DNA of 64,000 nucleotides from Chrysomallon squamiferum (GCA_012295275.1 CM022671.1:15562001-15626000), one strand, 5' to 3'. Positions 12,351-27,502 are shown, counted from the stretch's first letter. Notes: generated by a model from the letters alone, not told the origin. Translations and numbers: made by a program.

Positions 12351-12799
12351 ATATAATATACATAATAAAACTGAGATGTGATTTTCTCACTTTGCAAGAC
12401 ACATCTAAAAAAAAAAAAAAAAAAAAAAAAAATAAATCACTTACCTGTAATTAAAGATTTAAAGGACATGAAAAAAACAAAAACATTATCACTTGCAATT
12501 CCCTTCAGACTTTTCCGGATGTGCTGTGAAACAAAAAATTCTTCGCGTTTTTCGAGTGATATTTATATAAGTGTCATTAAACAAACATTATATTTCTTTG
12601 CAGACGGCTTTATGTTTTCTTTTGTGATAAATTTTTTAAAAGCAGAGACAATAATTTTTTATGTATCGGATTACTTTGTCCATTACAAGTGCCGTGTAAA
12701 CACACTCAGCGCTGTTGTCTAATGGAAGCAAGAAAATAAAATAAATAAATGAATGCGCGATAAAATGCTCACATTTTTCTGATGGTCAGATAATGCCGG

Positions 12800-12834
<35 letters not shown>

Positions 12835-13200
12835 AGGTATATGTGTGTGAGTGTGGGTGGGTGTGTGTCTATATGTACATGCACAAAATTCAATTTTGAA
12901 GACTATATATGAATTAAAAAATACACATTCTAATAATGTCAGATAATGCTTTTATACACATGCCCACACACACATTTTGTACGCACAAATGTATGGATAT
13001 ATTTATTTCTAATATAGGTTCTTGAAAATTTGGAATTATTAATATTAATATAATTATAATAATTATATTAGTCGTAGTAGTAACAGTAGCAGTAATAATG
13101 GTAGTAGTAGAAGTAGTAGTAGTATTATAAATTGTATATGTCACTGTGACCTTTGTTCCATATTATAATTAAGATTTTCTTTTTCATTCATATGACTGTG

Positions 13201-13236
<36 letters not shown>

Positions 13237-16200
13237 AATAACACCTAACAATATAGAATAAAACTTTTTTTTTCTCTCGACACATTTAGAATTGTCTCCA
13301 AAGCAAAGATCTTTCTTCATGTAGTTATCATATAACGAAACTATTCGTGATAATGTTTCTAATATAATTATCTCTCAGTCAGGTTAGTCTTTCTGGATGT
13401 GAAATCAGAAATTAATCTCTATTATATAACATGAAACTGTAGCTCAGATTGGTGACATGTATTATCTTTTAACTGAAATCATTAGGTAGGAGAGAACTCC
13501 AAATGTTTGTATTATCCACGGACACACAAACACACACACACACACACACAAACACGTACAAAAGAAAAAGAAAAAAAAAAAAGAAGAAAAAAAAAAACTC
13601 CACCAATAACAAACCCATCAACGATTTAGAATATAACTTTGCTTCAGTGAAAAAGTTTATTTCAATCTTTGTACAGATGAAAACGGGAACGAGTTATTAA
13701 AATGACTTTGGTTGAGATATCTAGAATACCATTTGACTACGCCCGACCTGTCTTTTGACTACCTATATATGTCAGACGAAGTCTGTGATTTACAATTGTT
13801 TCTTTTATTGGTGTTTTTTTCATTTAAATCTTTTAAATGACTGCTTCCGTGCTTTAGTAGGCCCTCTGACTGTCTGACCACACTTACGATTTAGACAAAA
13901 TTTACGATTTTCTCACTGAAATGATCGTCTCAACATTTCAACCAGTTGATTCCTCAGTCATGTTTGTCAAACTGGAACTTGTCCGGCCAGAGGCTAGTGA
14001 GAAAAAGCAAGCTTTGTTTAGTACACCAACTTGAAAAATAAAATAATAACAAGAGATACATACTGCATTCAACTGTCAAAACAATAAACAGCAAAATACT
14101 GGATCTAAAACACTAAGGGAAAATTGGAAAAGAGTCGTGCGTATTTTCATAATATCAGAAACCAGGAAGAATGTAGAAATTTATTTAATAAAGAAAAAAT
14201 TGTGAATAATTTGCCAGAACGTGTGAACAAAAAAATAATAATAATAATAATAAAAAATTCATAATTATTACAGTTAGTATTTAAATTTAATGTGTTTAAC
14301 AGCTGTTACTAATTATTCTTAACACAACAATCTGATACGGTTATATAAAAGACACAATGTATAAAATGAATATATATATAGTTCTTTTTTTTTTTTTTTT
14401 ATCATTCTCAGTTATCGTAACTATCACTGAATTCTAGACTTCGTAATAAAAATTGATAATAAATTTAAAAATTTCTCAAACTGACGGTAATAAAATGTGA
14501 GAGAGACATAAAGATGTTTTCACGAAACAAAAAATCTTCATACAAGTGGATTTTAAAGACATCAATAAATAATGGTCTTTTTATCGATCTCGTGACACTT
14601 TATCCAATACAAAAGAATAAAAGCGTGTTAACTGAATGCAGTCGTAATCTCAAGTGGGCAGTAAATGCTACTTCGGGTTAGTTTTGTACGTTTTTCCAGA
14701 AAGAAAAGCAAATACAAATTAATCCACGGGCGACATTATTAAGAATTTTGAGGACTTACAATATTTTATTGAAGTTCACAAATCAATGGTCGAAATTCGT
14801 TTTTATAAAATATTTGTTTATTAATTCAAATAATTAGGTGATTCTTTCACTTCTGAATTTTCAAGTCAAGGATTCTTTATTTTCTCTCTCTCTCTTGTTT
14901 TGTTTAAGATTTTAAAAAGTAGAACCAGTTTCTTATCAGAAGACTTATAAGCGATTAGAAGATGGGAAAAAAAAAAAAGAATTTATTTAATGTTATGGAA
15001 AGAATTCTGCTTTATTAATTAAAAATGTTTTTTATTATTATTATTTTTTATGTGAATTTAAATAAATTTAACAACAACAACAATCGATTTAAAAATATAT
15101 ATATATATATATTTACATTAGTTTTAACTAGTATCACTTTTCTCATTTATCTGAATAATTTGATGAAGTTTAAAAGAAACTAAACTTTGACTGTTGTCTG
15201 AATGAACCTGTTGATGTGATTTCTCTTTGGTTTCAGTGGATCTGGGTACAAACTTTGTATACAACCCATGCAACGTTCACGTCAACTGTACATGCTTTAC
15301 AGCGGTGCTGAAAAGTAATTACGGAATACTTAATTGATATTCTTTACATCTCTTCGGCTTTTCCGTCTACGTGAATTGATGGAAGCAGGAACCAATTACC
15401 AGTCTGGAATAGCCAGGATTCTGATCGGTTCATTATGTGACATTTAACAGGATTAGCAGCCGAATCTCTGCTTTCCTTAACAAACTCTATTTGGCCTTTG
15501 GCTGCTCTGGCTCGACTGTTGAAAAGATATTTGAAAAACAAAAATTAATGGCATTCATGCGTGATGAATTTGTCACACAACAGCCGTCCTTGCAGCTTAG
15601 CAGCATTACACACATCCTGGCGAGCTCTGAACATCAATTGTTGTCAAGGTTCGAACTTGGGGCAGCGCTGTTACGTCACCATTGACGGGGTCCCTGTCGG
15701 GTCAGAACCGCTGTTATTTCGGCTAAAGGTCTCAAAACGTGTAGGCTATTTGTATAACACGATTATAGAAATTTCATTTCTGAGAAGCAGTCCACGAAAT
15801 TACATTTCCGAATAGCGTGCAGCTAACTGCAGCCGAAAACGTTTTTATAAAGTTTATGTCACCGATTCACGGCATTTCTTTAAAAATAATTTAAATTTTT
15901 CACATTATTTCTTTTCGATATTTTTTTCTCCTCTTTTTTTTTTTTTTTTTTTTTTCAGTCGTTTATTTGTTTATTCCCATCAGGTGTTTATCATGAACGT
16001 AATTTCATTCCGTCCTGCGACACCTATCTGTGTATAAGAAGAAAAGTGGTTGTATTAAATTACAAATAAGTGTAATTCGCATTTAATTGCCTTTGCGTTT
16101 TTCTCTTTGTCATCCTGCAATTTATTTAGAGAATTTAAATGTCTATCAATTTATCTGATACAGATAGATAATTGTATTTGCTATAGCCAGTATAACCTTT

Positions 16201-16541
16201 AAACACACCGAAAAATACACACAGTCACACCCACCCTCGCACAAGTATATATAATAATACATGTGTATGTATGGATGGATGGATGGATGGATGAATGGAT
16301 GGATATTTACACATATACACACAAAAAAAAGAGATACATCCATAATACAAGCTAGAATATAATACAGTTGGTAATTCAGCCTACTTGCTGACTGGAATAT
16401 GATGGTGATTACATTAAATATCCTAGCAGCCAAACACAGGGCAAGCTGAAAACTAAATACATGTACATTTAATTCATTTACAGTCATCAACGAAATCACT
16501 GGACTCGGTGATATGAAACTCAGAACAGGTTATCATCATTA

Positions 16542-16574
16542 TACATACATACATACATACATACATACATACAT

Positions 16575-16607
<33 letters not shown>

Positions 16608-16826
16608 TACATACATATATACATATATACATACATACATACATACATTCATACATACATACATACATTCATATATACATACATTCATACATACATACAT
16701 ACATACATTCATACATTCATACATACATACACACACACACATACATACATACATACATACATACATACATACATACATACATACATTCATACATACATAC
16801 ATTCATACACACATACACACACACAT
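16542..16826. repeat. (TACA/TTCA/CA)n microsatellite
   Basis: Seen directly; explains the HTYI/MYVC ORFs. Confidence 0.95.
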
Positions 16827-18305
16827 CTAAATATGAAACATCTGCTGTATTTAGAGGGGTCACCCCAATGGCTGCCGCGCATCTGTATAATTGTGCAAGA
16901 TGTCATCGACATGTTTGAAGCACGTGGACGAGCTTTTATCATCTGATGATTGCACTGGTAAGCCGGTTTCCTGTTACATTCACAAATCAGTGTTATATCT
17001 ACCAACTGGGTTCACTTGCCTCTTTCAATCCATAATCCTGCATATGCCGATACATACATTGTCATTCATTACGTTAGATGAATTTATAGGTGTTTTTTTT
17101 TTTCTCTTTTTTTTTTTTTTCTATGTTTGCTGATATACTGAAGTTAGTAGGTAATATAAAACTAATATATTCATAAACATAAAAGGAATATTCTAATACA
17201 AAATATTTAAATCAGCTTTTGAAGATACTGGTGATACCAAACGATAAAAGCTTATAAGATTTAGTTCGAGAAAGAGAAATCGTTATAACAGTGTTACTCA
17301 GTCAGTTCATCGCGATGCTCTATAGAAATATCGCGTAAAAATAATTATAAAAATGATTCTCGGATCACGAAATTTAATAATCGCTGATTGTGACGGGGAA
17401 TAAGCGGTATTAAAATATTTTTAATACTTGACAAATTTGCGTGACATGCCTGTAATGATGATGTTATTAACTAAAACTGTAATTTATTATCTACACTGTA
17501 AAATGTATTCATGGAGGTATGCCGAAGCGTGAAAGCTAATGAAGCAAGATGCTGTCATTTCCGACGTTGCTTTGTACACACTGACGTATCTTCAGACAGA
17601 AAGGACTTATACACTAAAAGCGTTTTTGTTAAGACTTTTTTTTTTTTTTTTTTTAATCTTCCTTGTGGCTCAGCCGGGTAGCTTTTCCTGTCCAACAATG
17701 TTTGTCAATCAATGATCTTTTTGTGCTAATTTTGTATGACATATTCTTAAATACAGAGCGGTAGATTACCTTTTTGTCTTCTGCGTGGTGGTAAATATAG
17801 ACAGTTATTGAGTAGGAGGAATGCGTGCAGGAATACGGCAAACACCGGAGGGAATAACAAAACTTCAAACACTGGATAACTCTTCTGTATGTCTAAAGAT
17901 TTACATGACAAACTCTTCCTATATTAGGAAAATACATTGGCGCACAGAAACCGAGTTCAGCTTTTAAAGATGTAAATATTAATGCTGCTAAACGCTTTAC
18001 AGTAATAGATTTCCGTTTATCTAACATACAGTCCCCGAAACAAAAACATTAACAACACAAAACACACGTAAACATACGTTAACAAAACAAAACGCAGGTA
18101 AAAACGTCTTAACAAAAGAAAACTCCTGTAAACAACAAGAACTGGCTAAGAAAAACAATTATGGTTTAATACCAGAGACAGTTTAGCTGGGCTTTAAGGG
18201 TTCGAAGAAGCCATTACGTCCTGGATGAAGTTCTTAGATCTCTCGTTGCAAATATTAATTAAAAAAATGCAAAGTCTACGAACAGCAAAATAATTCCCAT
18301 TGATG

Positions 18306-18742
18306 CTTACGTTAACCGTGCAATCCTGTCCTCAGTCGTGCAATCCTTACGTTAACCGTGCAATACTTACTTTAACCATGTAATCCTAACTTTAACCGTG
18401 CAATCCTTACGTTAACCTGCAATCATTACGTTAAACTTGCAGTCCTTACGTTAACAGTGCAGTCTTTACGTTATTTGTATAATCCTTACGTTAACATACA
18501 ATCTTTACGTTAACCGAAATATCCTTACGTTAATCGTAATATCCTTACGTTAATCGTAAAATCCTTATGTTAACCGTACAATCTTTACGTTAACCGTATA
18601 TTCCTTACGTTAAAGCTACAATCTTTACGTTAACCGTACAATCCTTACATTAAAGGTACAATCTTTACGTTAACCGTTCAGTCGTTATGTTAACCGTGTA
18701 ATCTTTATTTTAACCGCACAGTCTTTACATTAACCGTGCAAT
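18306..18742. repeat. ~20-bp minisatellite, ~22 degenerate copies (consensus ~CCTTACGTTAACCGTRCAAT)
   Basis: ttacgttaac recurs at ~20-nt period. Confidence 0.9.
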
Positions 18743-19435
18743 AGTGTATAAAATATTGCAGTGAGCATTATTACATTTCACAATTCCATGGATCGCGTAG
18801 TGCGCATAATTTAATAACAAATTACAGGAGTTTATTCTGCCTACTGAGACCTTTTAATTAAAACCCACTCCTGAATGTGTGTAAATAATAAGCAGACCTG
18901 GGTATTGTAATTTAGTTCAGGTCAGTCTGACATTTTCTCGAACTTTTAACTGAATACGTATTAGTCTTCATAGGTGCCATTCGAAAACAATTACTGCTAG
19001 ACTTTATGAAAAATAACACCCAGTAATGTCGAAGTTCCTTCGTTTTTATCTTTAATATATTGAAAATGAATGATGCTGCCATCCACCCACTCAGCATTAA
19101 TAATAATAACATTAGAAAGATTTTCTCACCAGTTCTGTTTATAAAAGGAATTCAGTTTTTATAATGATCTCGAAAAGAAGACACCGTCACGCCATTCACA
19201 CATGATAATAAAAAGCACAACACAAGTAAATCTTCTGAACTGAAATGGTGTTTGGTTGTAATGGAGTTTTATTACGGATCTGAAGAGCTAAAGACGATGT
19301 GGAGGTTTGTGTAAGTGTTGTGAAAACTCTTTAATAAACACTGTGAAGACAGCACTTGTCGAGGTTTTTTTTATTATTTATTTAATGTTAACCTTTATTC
19401 ATTGATTAAAACTTTCCAGTTTTATTTCTGTTTCG

Positions 19436-19586
<151 letters not shown>

Positions 19587-19993
19587 TCGGTTGTCAGCTT
19601 TATCCTGCGAAGGTGAGGAGAACCTTCAACACACACGCACTACACACGCGCACGCGCACACAGACATACACATAAATACACCCATAGGTATAAGCCCTTA
19701 TTAGGTATAAGCCCTTAATAAAAATTAACTAACTTGTAGTTAATCAACTGACACTTTCATTCTTATATTTATTTATTTTGGTTATTTTTTATTATTATTT
19801 TTCAGTCTTTATGATTATTCAGCACTAAATATATATGAAGCTGAAAAAAAAAAAAATCCTTTGCTTTGACTTTTATTCTAGTTTCAGATAGAGAAAATGT
19901 TTAGATGAATTACTGATAAAAAATAACACACTGCCAATTGTTTTGTTATCAGATTATTGTTATTGTCTTTGTTCTAATATTATTAATTTTGTT

Positions 19994-20072
<79 letters not shown>

Positions 20073-20176
20073 GACGTAGTATTAGTAGTAGTAATCATAA
20101 TAATCATAATAAAAAAAAATAAAGAAGAAGAAGCGGAAGAACAACAACGATAATAATTATACAAATATATATATAG

Positions 20177-20225
<49 letters not shown>

Positions 20226-20341
20226 CCCTCAAATTATAGAGATAAATAGATAGATAGTCATACAGACATAATTTAATAACAATTTTATATTTTGTTTGTA
20301 TTCTTATTTGTTGCAACGTAAGGGCAACAAACACAAGTGTT

Positions 20342-21872
20342 GTCTTTGCACAGCACACTCCTATATACATGTTCTTTTACAGCACACTCCTACATACATG
20401 TTCTTTGCACAGCACACCCCTACATACATGTTCTTTGCACAGCACACACCTACATACATGTTCTTTGCACAGCACACACCTACATACATGTTATTTGCAC
20501 AGCACACTCCTATATACATGTTCTTTTACAGCACACTCCTACATACATGTTCTTTGCACAGCACACACCTACATACACGTTCTTTGCACAGCACACTCCG
20601 GTATATATGTTCTTTTACAGCACACTCCTACATACTTGTTCTTTTACAGCACACTCCTACATACTTGTTCTTTTACAGCACACTCCTACATACATGTTCT
20701 TTTACAGAACACTCCTACATACATGTTCTTTGCACAGCACAGTCCTACATACACGTTCTTTGCACAGCACACGCCTGTATACATGTTCTTTTACAGCACA
20801 CTCCTACATACTTGTTCTTTTACAGCACACTCCTACATACATGTTCTTTTACAGCAGACTTCTATATACATGTTCTTTTACAGCACACTCCTACATACAT
20901 GTTCTTTTACAGCAGACTTCTATATACATGTTCTTTTACAGCACACTCCTACATACATGTTCTTTTACAGCAGACTTCTATATACATGTTCTTTTACAGC
21001 ACATTCCTAGATACATGTTCTTTTACAGCAGACTTCTATATACATGTTCTTTTACAGCACACTCCTACATACATGTTCTTTTACAGCAGACTTCTATATA
21101 CATGTTCTTTTACAGCACACTCCTACATACATGTTCTTTTACAGCACACTTCTATATACATGTTCTTTTACAGCATACTCCTACATACACGTTCTTTGCA
21201 CAGCACACTCCTACATACACGTTCTTTGCACAGCACACTCCTGTATACATGTTCTTTTACAGCACACTCCTACATACATGTTCTTTTACAGCAGACTTCT
21301 ATATACATGTTCTTTGACAGCACACTTCTACATACATGTTCTTTTCACAGCACACTCCTGTATACATGTTCTTTTACAGCACACTCCTACATACATGTTC
21401 TTTTACAGCAGACTTCTATATACATGTTCTTTGACAGCACACTTCTACATACATGTTCTTTGACAGCAACTCCTACATACATGTTCTTTGCACAGCACAC
21501 TCGTACATACATATTCTTTGACAGCACACCCTACATACATGTTCTTTGACAGCACACTTCTACATACATGTTCTTTGACAGCACACTCCTACATACATGT
21601 TCTTTGACAGCACACTCCTACATACATATTCTTTGACAGCACACTCCTACATACATATTCTTTGACAGCACACTCCTACATACATGTTCTTTGACAGCGC
21701 ACTTCTACATACATATTCTTTGACAGCACACTTCTACATACACGTTCTTTGACAGCACACTTCTACATACATATTCTTTGACAGCGCACTTCTACATACA
21801 TGTTCTTTGACAGCACACTTCTACATACATGTTCTTTGACAGCACACTTCTACATACATGTTCTTTGACAGC
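20342..21872. repeat. 29/30-bp minisatellite, ~52 copies (GTTCTTTTACAGCACACTCCTACATACAT and variants)
   Basis: Continuous tandem array; generates the long 417-aa and 326-aa junk ORFs. Confidence 0.97.
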
Positions 21873-22854
21873 CAGTGACTCGATCATCGACTGCTGCCCG
21901 AGATCAGCGGTAAATCTCACAAATCCAGTTAAATGTTTGACCACTGGCTAAGTGATAAACACGCGAACGCAAAACGCTAGTCATGCGTTATGTGATTCTG
22001 GGGATAACGAATCTACGTTGAAACGCTCTTTGATTGAATCCACGAAGGCGACAACCCACGACTACAACTCCGTCAATGATAAAAATCAATCAGAGGAGTG
22101 TCGCTTTCTGCACAGAAGTCGACAACACGAGGTTTGGAGGCACAAAACAGAAACAAATAACCAGGATTTCAAAAAGCTGAGTACAAATCATTAAGCTACA
22201 AACATCGTAGAAAAATTTAATATCCAGCTAGTGTCGATGATATTTCATCAATTTCCCAATAGAAGCATTGCCCCGAATCGCTGTTTACAATTTAATTTTT
22301 TTTATTTTTTTTTTTATAAATATTACAACTACAACAGCATGTTTTAAAACGCTATCAATATAAAAAACTGAATTTAAAACAAATTGTTATTTTGTTCTGA
22401 ATTTTCATCCACACTCAGTTTACAAACAGTAGAAACAACTGCAAATATATATCTAATTTTATTAAGATAATTTTCAAAGATTCAACAGACCATTATTATA
22501 AAAATGGAAATTTAAAAAAAAATTGTTTTGATAGCAATAATAATGATGACCATGATAACAGTAATAATGATTATGATGATTGTGATGATGACGACTATTT
22601 ATTATGCAGTATTCTTGAGAATTATTTTCCTATCTGAATTCCCGAGTGAGTGAAGTGTCTTTGGCTTTCTTTTTATTAAAATATTATATTACACCTCAGT
22701 CCTTGTTCGATTTGTGAAGCAGTAAATATGAAATAATTAATGAAGCTATAAAATCTAAAAGCCGATTTTTTTTTGATACAAAATATTTTAACTGACAAAA
22801 AGCCATAAAAGAAATATTAATGTTACTTGTCCAAACCAAATAATGATAGTGTTA

Positions 22855-22857
<3 letters not shown>

Positions 22858-22948
<91 letters not shown>
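22858..22948. repeat. (CT)n microsatellite
   Basis: Seen directly. Other (AG)n runs occur at ~23867-23929 and ~24727-24823. Confidence 0.95.
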
Positions 22949-23853
22949 GGGTATATGTAAATAAAGCACATACATACATATATATATATACAAAATATAC
23001 ATACATGTATACATATATAGGTACATACAAACATACATACGTCTGTACATACATAATAGAGAAATGCTAACAAATATATATACTGTTAATAGCATATTAA
23101 TTTTTAACACACATTCTTGTAAACTTCTACGAGAATTTCAGTTACCAGACGAGAGTTGCTTTCATTTCAGCAGAGTTACGAAGATGACATTATCGGGTTG
23201 TTGTTGTGTTTTTTTTTTGTGTTTTTTTTAAACCCGCCATTTTGGAAAACTTTCATCAGACGTCTTTTAGCGAAACTTTTATTTAATTAAAAAGTTTTCT
23301 TTTAACAACTGTACAAAAGTTGATTTTGCCTTTATTTCCATTACTTCCCACTCGAGGTTAAAAGCTGCTGTGTAGAGCGACTGGCGAACGACTAACACTA
23401 GTACGACTCGTGTAAATCTTAAGAGGCTTGCAATGTCTGTCGTAATCATTCATTGCCCTTTGTTTGATCCTTCAAGGTCCGCGATTGATGGTCGTTCTAC
23501 CTCATAAGTGTTTTTGCTTGCCGCAGTCACCAGCAACGTAAAAAGACTGCAATTAGTGGAAGTCGTTAGAATAACAAGATTGTCATCAGCGAGAGGGGGA
23601 AAATAAAAAAAAAGAAGAAGAAAAAAAAAAAAAAATTGAGTTCGCGAACACCACTGGGTTACTTTACAACCAGCTTTGAATCAGCACAACTCTAGTTATA
23701 GATAAATAAATTAAAAGAAATGTTAGATTTGAGAACGAAAATAAGGTAATAATGTTTTATTTACCACATATATTTTTCATCTTCTGGTATGTTTACATGT
23801 TTTAGATTAATAAAAATGAGTATGTGTATCTATCTTCTATCTCTACATATATG

Positions 23854-23931
<78 letters not shown>

Positions 23932-24052
23932 TATCTTTCCACAGACAGAAAAAACATACTACAGTATTTGATGAATCAGATTTGCTGAACTAGCTAGAAC
24001 GGGAAATAGTTTAACTGAGAGACTAGGAAAAGAGATCTTGCGAAAAATCTTG

Positions 24053-24083
24053 TATTAGTCCCGCGCTCTAACCACCGAACTAC
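24053..24083 (-). mobile_element. Possible remnant of a tRNA-derived SINE head
   Basis: Minus strand reads GTAGTTCGGTGGTTAGAGCGCGGGACTAATA, resembling a tRNA D-arm/A-box. No B-box or full cloverleaf found. Confidence 0.3.
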
Positions 24084-24718
24084 TTTTTTATTTTTTTTAT
24101 TTTTATTTTTTTCTATTATTTTACTTCGTTTTGTCTAGTATTAGAATACTTTAGATAACAAAAGACAATGTTGTTATGGATCTGAACTTCAACTTTTTAA
24201 TGACGATAACAGTGCACATATATTGACGGAGAATTTCATTAACTGTGATTAAAATCAGCCAAGTGTAGAGCATTTTAAATAAAAGAATTAAACACAAACA
24301 TGTGCACTGAAATTAACGACTGCGATCACTGTTATTTTTGATGAAGTTGCAAGATTTTTATGTAAATAACGCAACACAAAACAACATACATGTGTGTGCG
24401 CACAACACGCTGATTTGATACGTTGACAGATTAATTAGTTGAGTGACAAACCACAGCAGTCTTTATGAAGTTTCGTTCCTTTAATATATCGCCACTACTA
24501 AAGAAGTTGATAGAAGGCTTCACATCTCATTAGTTAATGATAGAGTGAGAGAAATTTAGGTTAATTGAATATATATTTATAAGCAGCAACAACAATAATT
24601 ATGATTAAAGAATTTTTCATATTTTTACTCTGTTGTTTATAATGTCTGAAAACCGAGAGAAAGAAAATAGATATGGTGTACAAAAATTAAGCAGAACTTA
24701 ATGACTCATGAATATATT

Positions 24719-24826
<108 letters not shown>

Positions 24827-25436
24827 TAAAAAACCAAATTTGTTGAAGCTTATCTTTAAGTTAATTTTTTATTATTATTATTATTATTTTATCTGAAAAT
24901 AAATTAGGGGAATTTAGTCAGTTATTCACACTAATACGGCCCACAGTTTGACATTCACCTAATCTTTTGAAAGCTATCACAACAGTGTTAAATCTCCAGT
25001 CATAACCCTACTAAAACACTAAGGTGTGCAGATAGGTCTAAATGCTTGCTCAAGCAGTAAACATATTTCAGTGTAAACTCATAATAAAAGTGAGTGGATC
25101 GGCGTAAATTCATTGTCATTTTGGGATCAGTTCGGCTGTTGTGTTGTGGTTGATAATTATATCCGTTTTTCATGGTGGTATTACCGGCTACTGGCCGACG
25201 TTTATGATTTATGAATCAAGGTTTTAATATCTTTAATACCGCTAACACTAGACGGAGCTCTTTCAGAGCGGAGATAGAATCATACGAGCTTTGTAACCAG
25301 TCTCGGCTATTATCAGCTGTCAAGTTTCTTCTGAGTGCGGCTTACACTGCTGTGGCTGTGGTTGAGTAAATAATATGATATTAAAACAAGATCATGAAAA
25401 CAACCCACACAAGAAGAAGAAGAAAAGAAGAAAAAG

Positions 25437-25468
<32 letters not shown>

Positions 25469-26308
25469 AAAACAAAACATAAATGTAAGATTACTGCAAA
25501 CATTAAGTAGCATTATTTGAAAATTATGTTCGGCGAAGAAAACCGGATCATCTTAAAAAGAATTTAGTGAAAATGCTGTCATTACGGACTGCGTGAAATT
25601 GCGAGAACTACAGTGACCAGACGAGAGTTGCTTTCATTTCAGGAAGCTTGTTCAGCAAAGTCACTTCAGGAAGTCATTAAGGGTTCGATTAGTGCTTTAG
25701 CCGTATTTTTACAACTAGAAGAAGAAAAAAAAAAAAAAAGGAAGAAAATGGAGGAACTTTATATTATTTAATTACGTGTGTCTGTTGTGTGTTTATTTTT
25801 ATTATATTATTTCAGTTTCAGGATTCAGAGTTATGATGTTGTAAAACAAACTAAGAGATAAGTAGCACAAAATTAATATTAAATTAGATTAATATAAAAA
25901 TAATTTTTGAGTGAAGCTTAAAACGTTGAAAATATTCGGAGTGATACATGTTCAGAGTGCACTAATTTTCATTCTAAAAATAACTATTTTCTAAACAGAC
26001 TTTTTTACTTCTATACTTCTAATAATACTTAGAGACTAACTGGCAATATTTTAAAATAAGTGCTGTAACCTTTTCAATCACGTATAATGGTACATTTGTA
26101 CTGATACTTAGTTAAACATTATATAAAATAATATGAATTCTTTACACTAAGATTAGTATTTAGAAGCATTAATTCAGAAAGGAATAAAGGTATGAATTAT
26201 ACAGTCAAACAGTCTAGGTTTCTGTATTTTGTTTTCTAAACGGGACTGCAAAATCGTTTAGACAAACAGAATGTCGCAACAGAAAAACAATATTTCAGAG
26301 ACTTAATT

Positions 26309-26360
<52 letters not shown>

Positions 26361-26444
26361 TTTCAACGCCAGAACTTCCCCTATGCTAAATAACATCATC
26401 AGTTTTGCAATAAAATATTGATAAACGTTATTAAAACTTCATTC

Positions 26445-27502
26445 TTACTTTTGACCTTTATATATAACAATGTAAATTTTACTTTTGACTCTTATACATA
26501 ACAATGTAAATTTTACTTTTGACTTTTATATAAAACAATGTAAAGTTTACTTTTGACTTTTATACATAACAATGCAAAGTTTACTTTTGACTTTTATACA
26601 AAACAATGTAAAGTTTACCGTATATACTTGTGTACAAGGCGACCTTATGTATAAGTCGATGTGTATTTTAAGACCAAAAATTGCGTCATTTTAGGTATTA
26701 CTTGTGTATAAGTCGACTGTAGATTCCAGGCACCGTCACTATTTTTAGACCAGTGTGAAAGTGCCATAAAGGCCTACATTGTACGCCTACTGTAATATAA
26801 CTTGCACGAGCTGTAACTTGCACGAACATACCATAATAACGTAAATGCATGTATTACACGAGCTATAGCCTAAATGTATCATAAATAGTATCTCTTTAAT
26901 GTAATAGGTCTAACATGGAGACCTAACTTACCGTTATATTTAGTCGATTTGTCGGTAGTGGATATTAACGACGATTGCAATATTATTTCACCAAATTCTT
27001 TACAATTAAACAAGTGAGTTTTGTTTATGAAATTAGGACCGATATTTAGTGCAATTTGGCAAAGAAGTCTGCATTCCTAGATCATTGCAAAATGCCGTAA
27101 GGCATAACGCCGTACTGACGGTTTTCTCGCTTTAAAATGTATTTTTATGTCATTAAACGGAAGAATATCATGTTTTACATTCATATTTGGTTTTGTTATT
27201 TAATTTTTCAAAAATGTTTATACGATAAAATTATATTTTTGAAAAGCTGAAAGACCGCGATTATTTTAGATGCATCCAGTAGCAAAAAAATAGTCAAAAT
27301 GGCGACTCTTCAGCAACAGCTACAAAAGCATTACCTATGTATAAGTCGACCCCCAAAATATTACCTTAATATAGTCTCCCGAAAATTCGACTTATACACA
27401 AGTATATACGGTACTTTTGACTCTTATACACAACAATGTAAATTTTACTTTTGACTTTTATACAAAACAATGCAAAGTTTACTTTTTACTTTTATATAAA
27501 AC
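26445..27502. repeat. 34-bp minisatellite (TTACTTTTGACTTTTATACATAACAATGTAAAGT), ~8 copies, split by a MITE
   Basis: Units at 26445, 26479, 26513, 26547 and 26581; the array is interrupted at 26617 and resumes at 27412. Confidence 0.9.
26618..27411. mobile_element. Non-autonomous Tc1/mariner-superfamily (Tc2/pogo-type, CCGTA ends) MITE, 794 bp
   Basis: Left TIR CCGTATATACTTGTGTACAAGGCGA versus reverse-complemented right TIR CCGTATATACTTGTGTATAAGTCGA (23/25 match). TA duplication at 26616-17 and 27412-13. Subterminal TGTATAAGTCGA repeats near 26648, 26705 and 27338. No transposase ORF. Confidence 0.9.

Noticed and set aside
20296-21549. 417-, 326-, 213- and 139-aa ORFs
   Set aside because: Translations of the 29/30-bp minisatellite; all three frames cycle through the same peptides.
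22599-22621. Partial resemblance to miR-1993; also partial miR-375-like (~62398) and miR-190-like (~59957) strings
   Set aside because: Multiple mismatches to the mature sequences as I recall them, and no complementary hairpin arm seen.
24040-24083. tRNA gene
   Set aside because: Only a D-arm/A-box-like fragment; no T-arm, B-box or acceptor stem.
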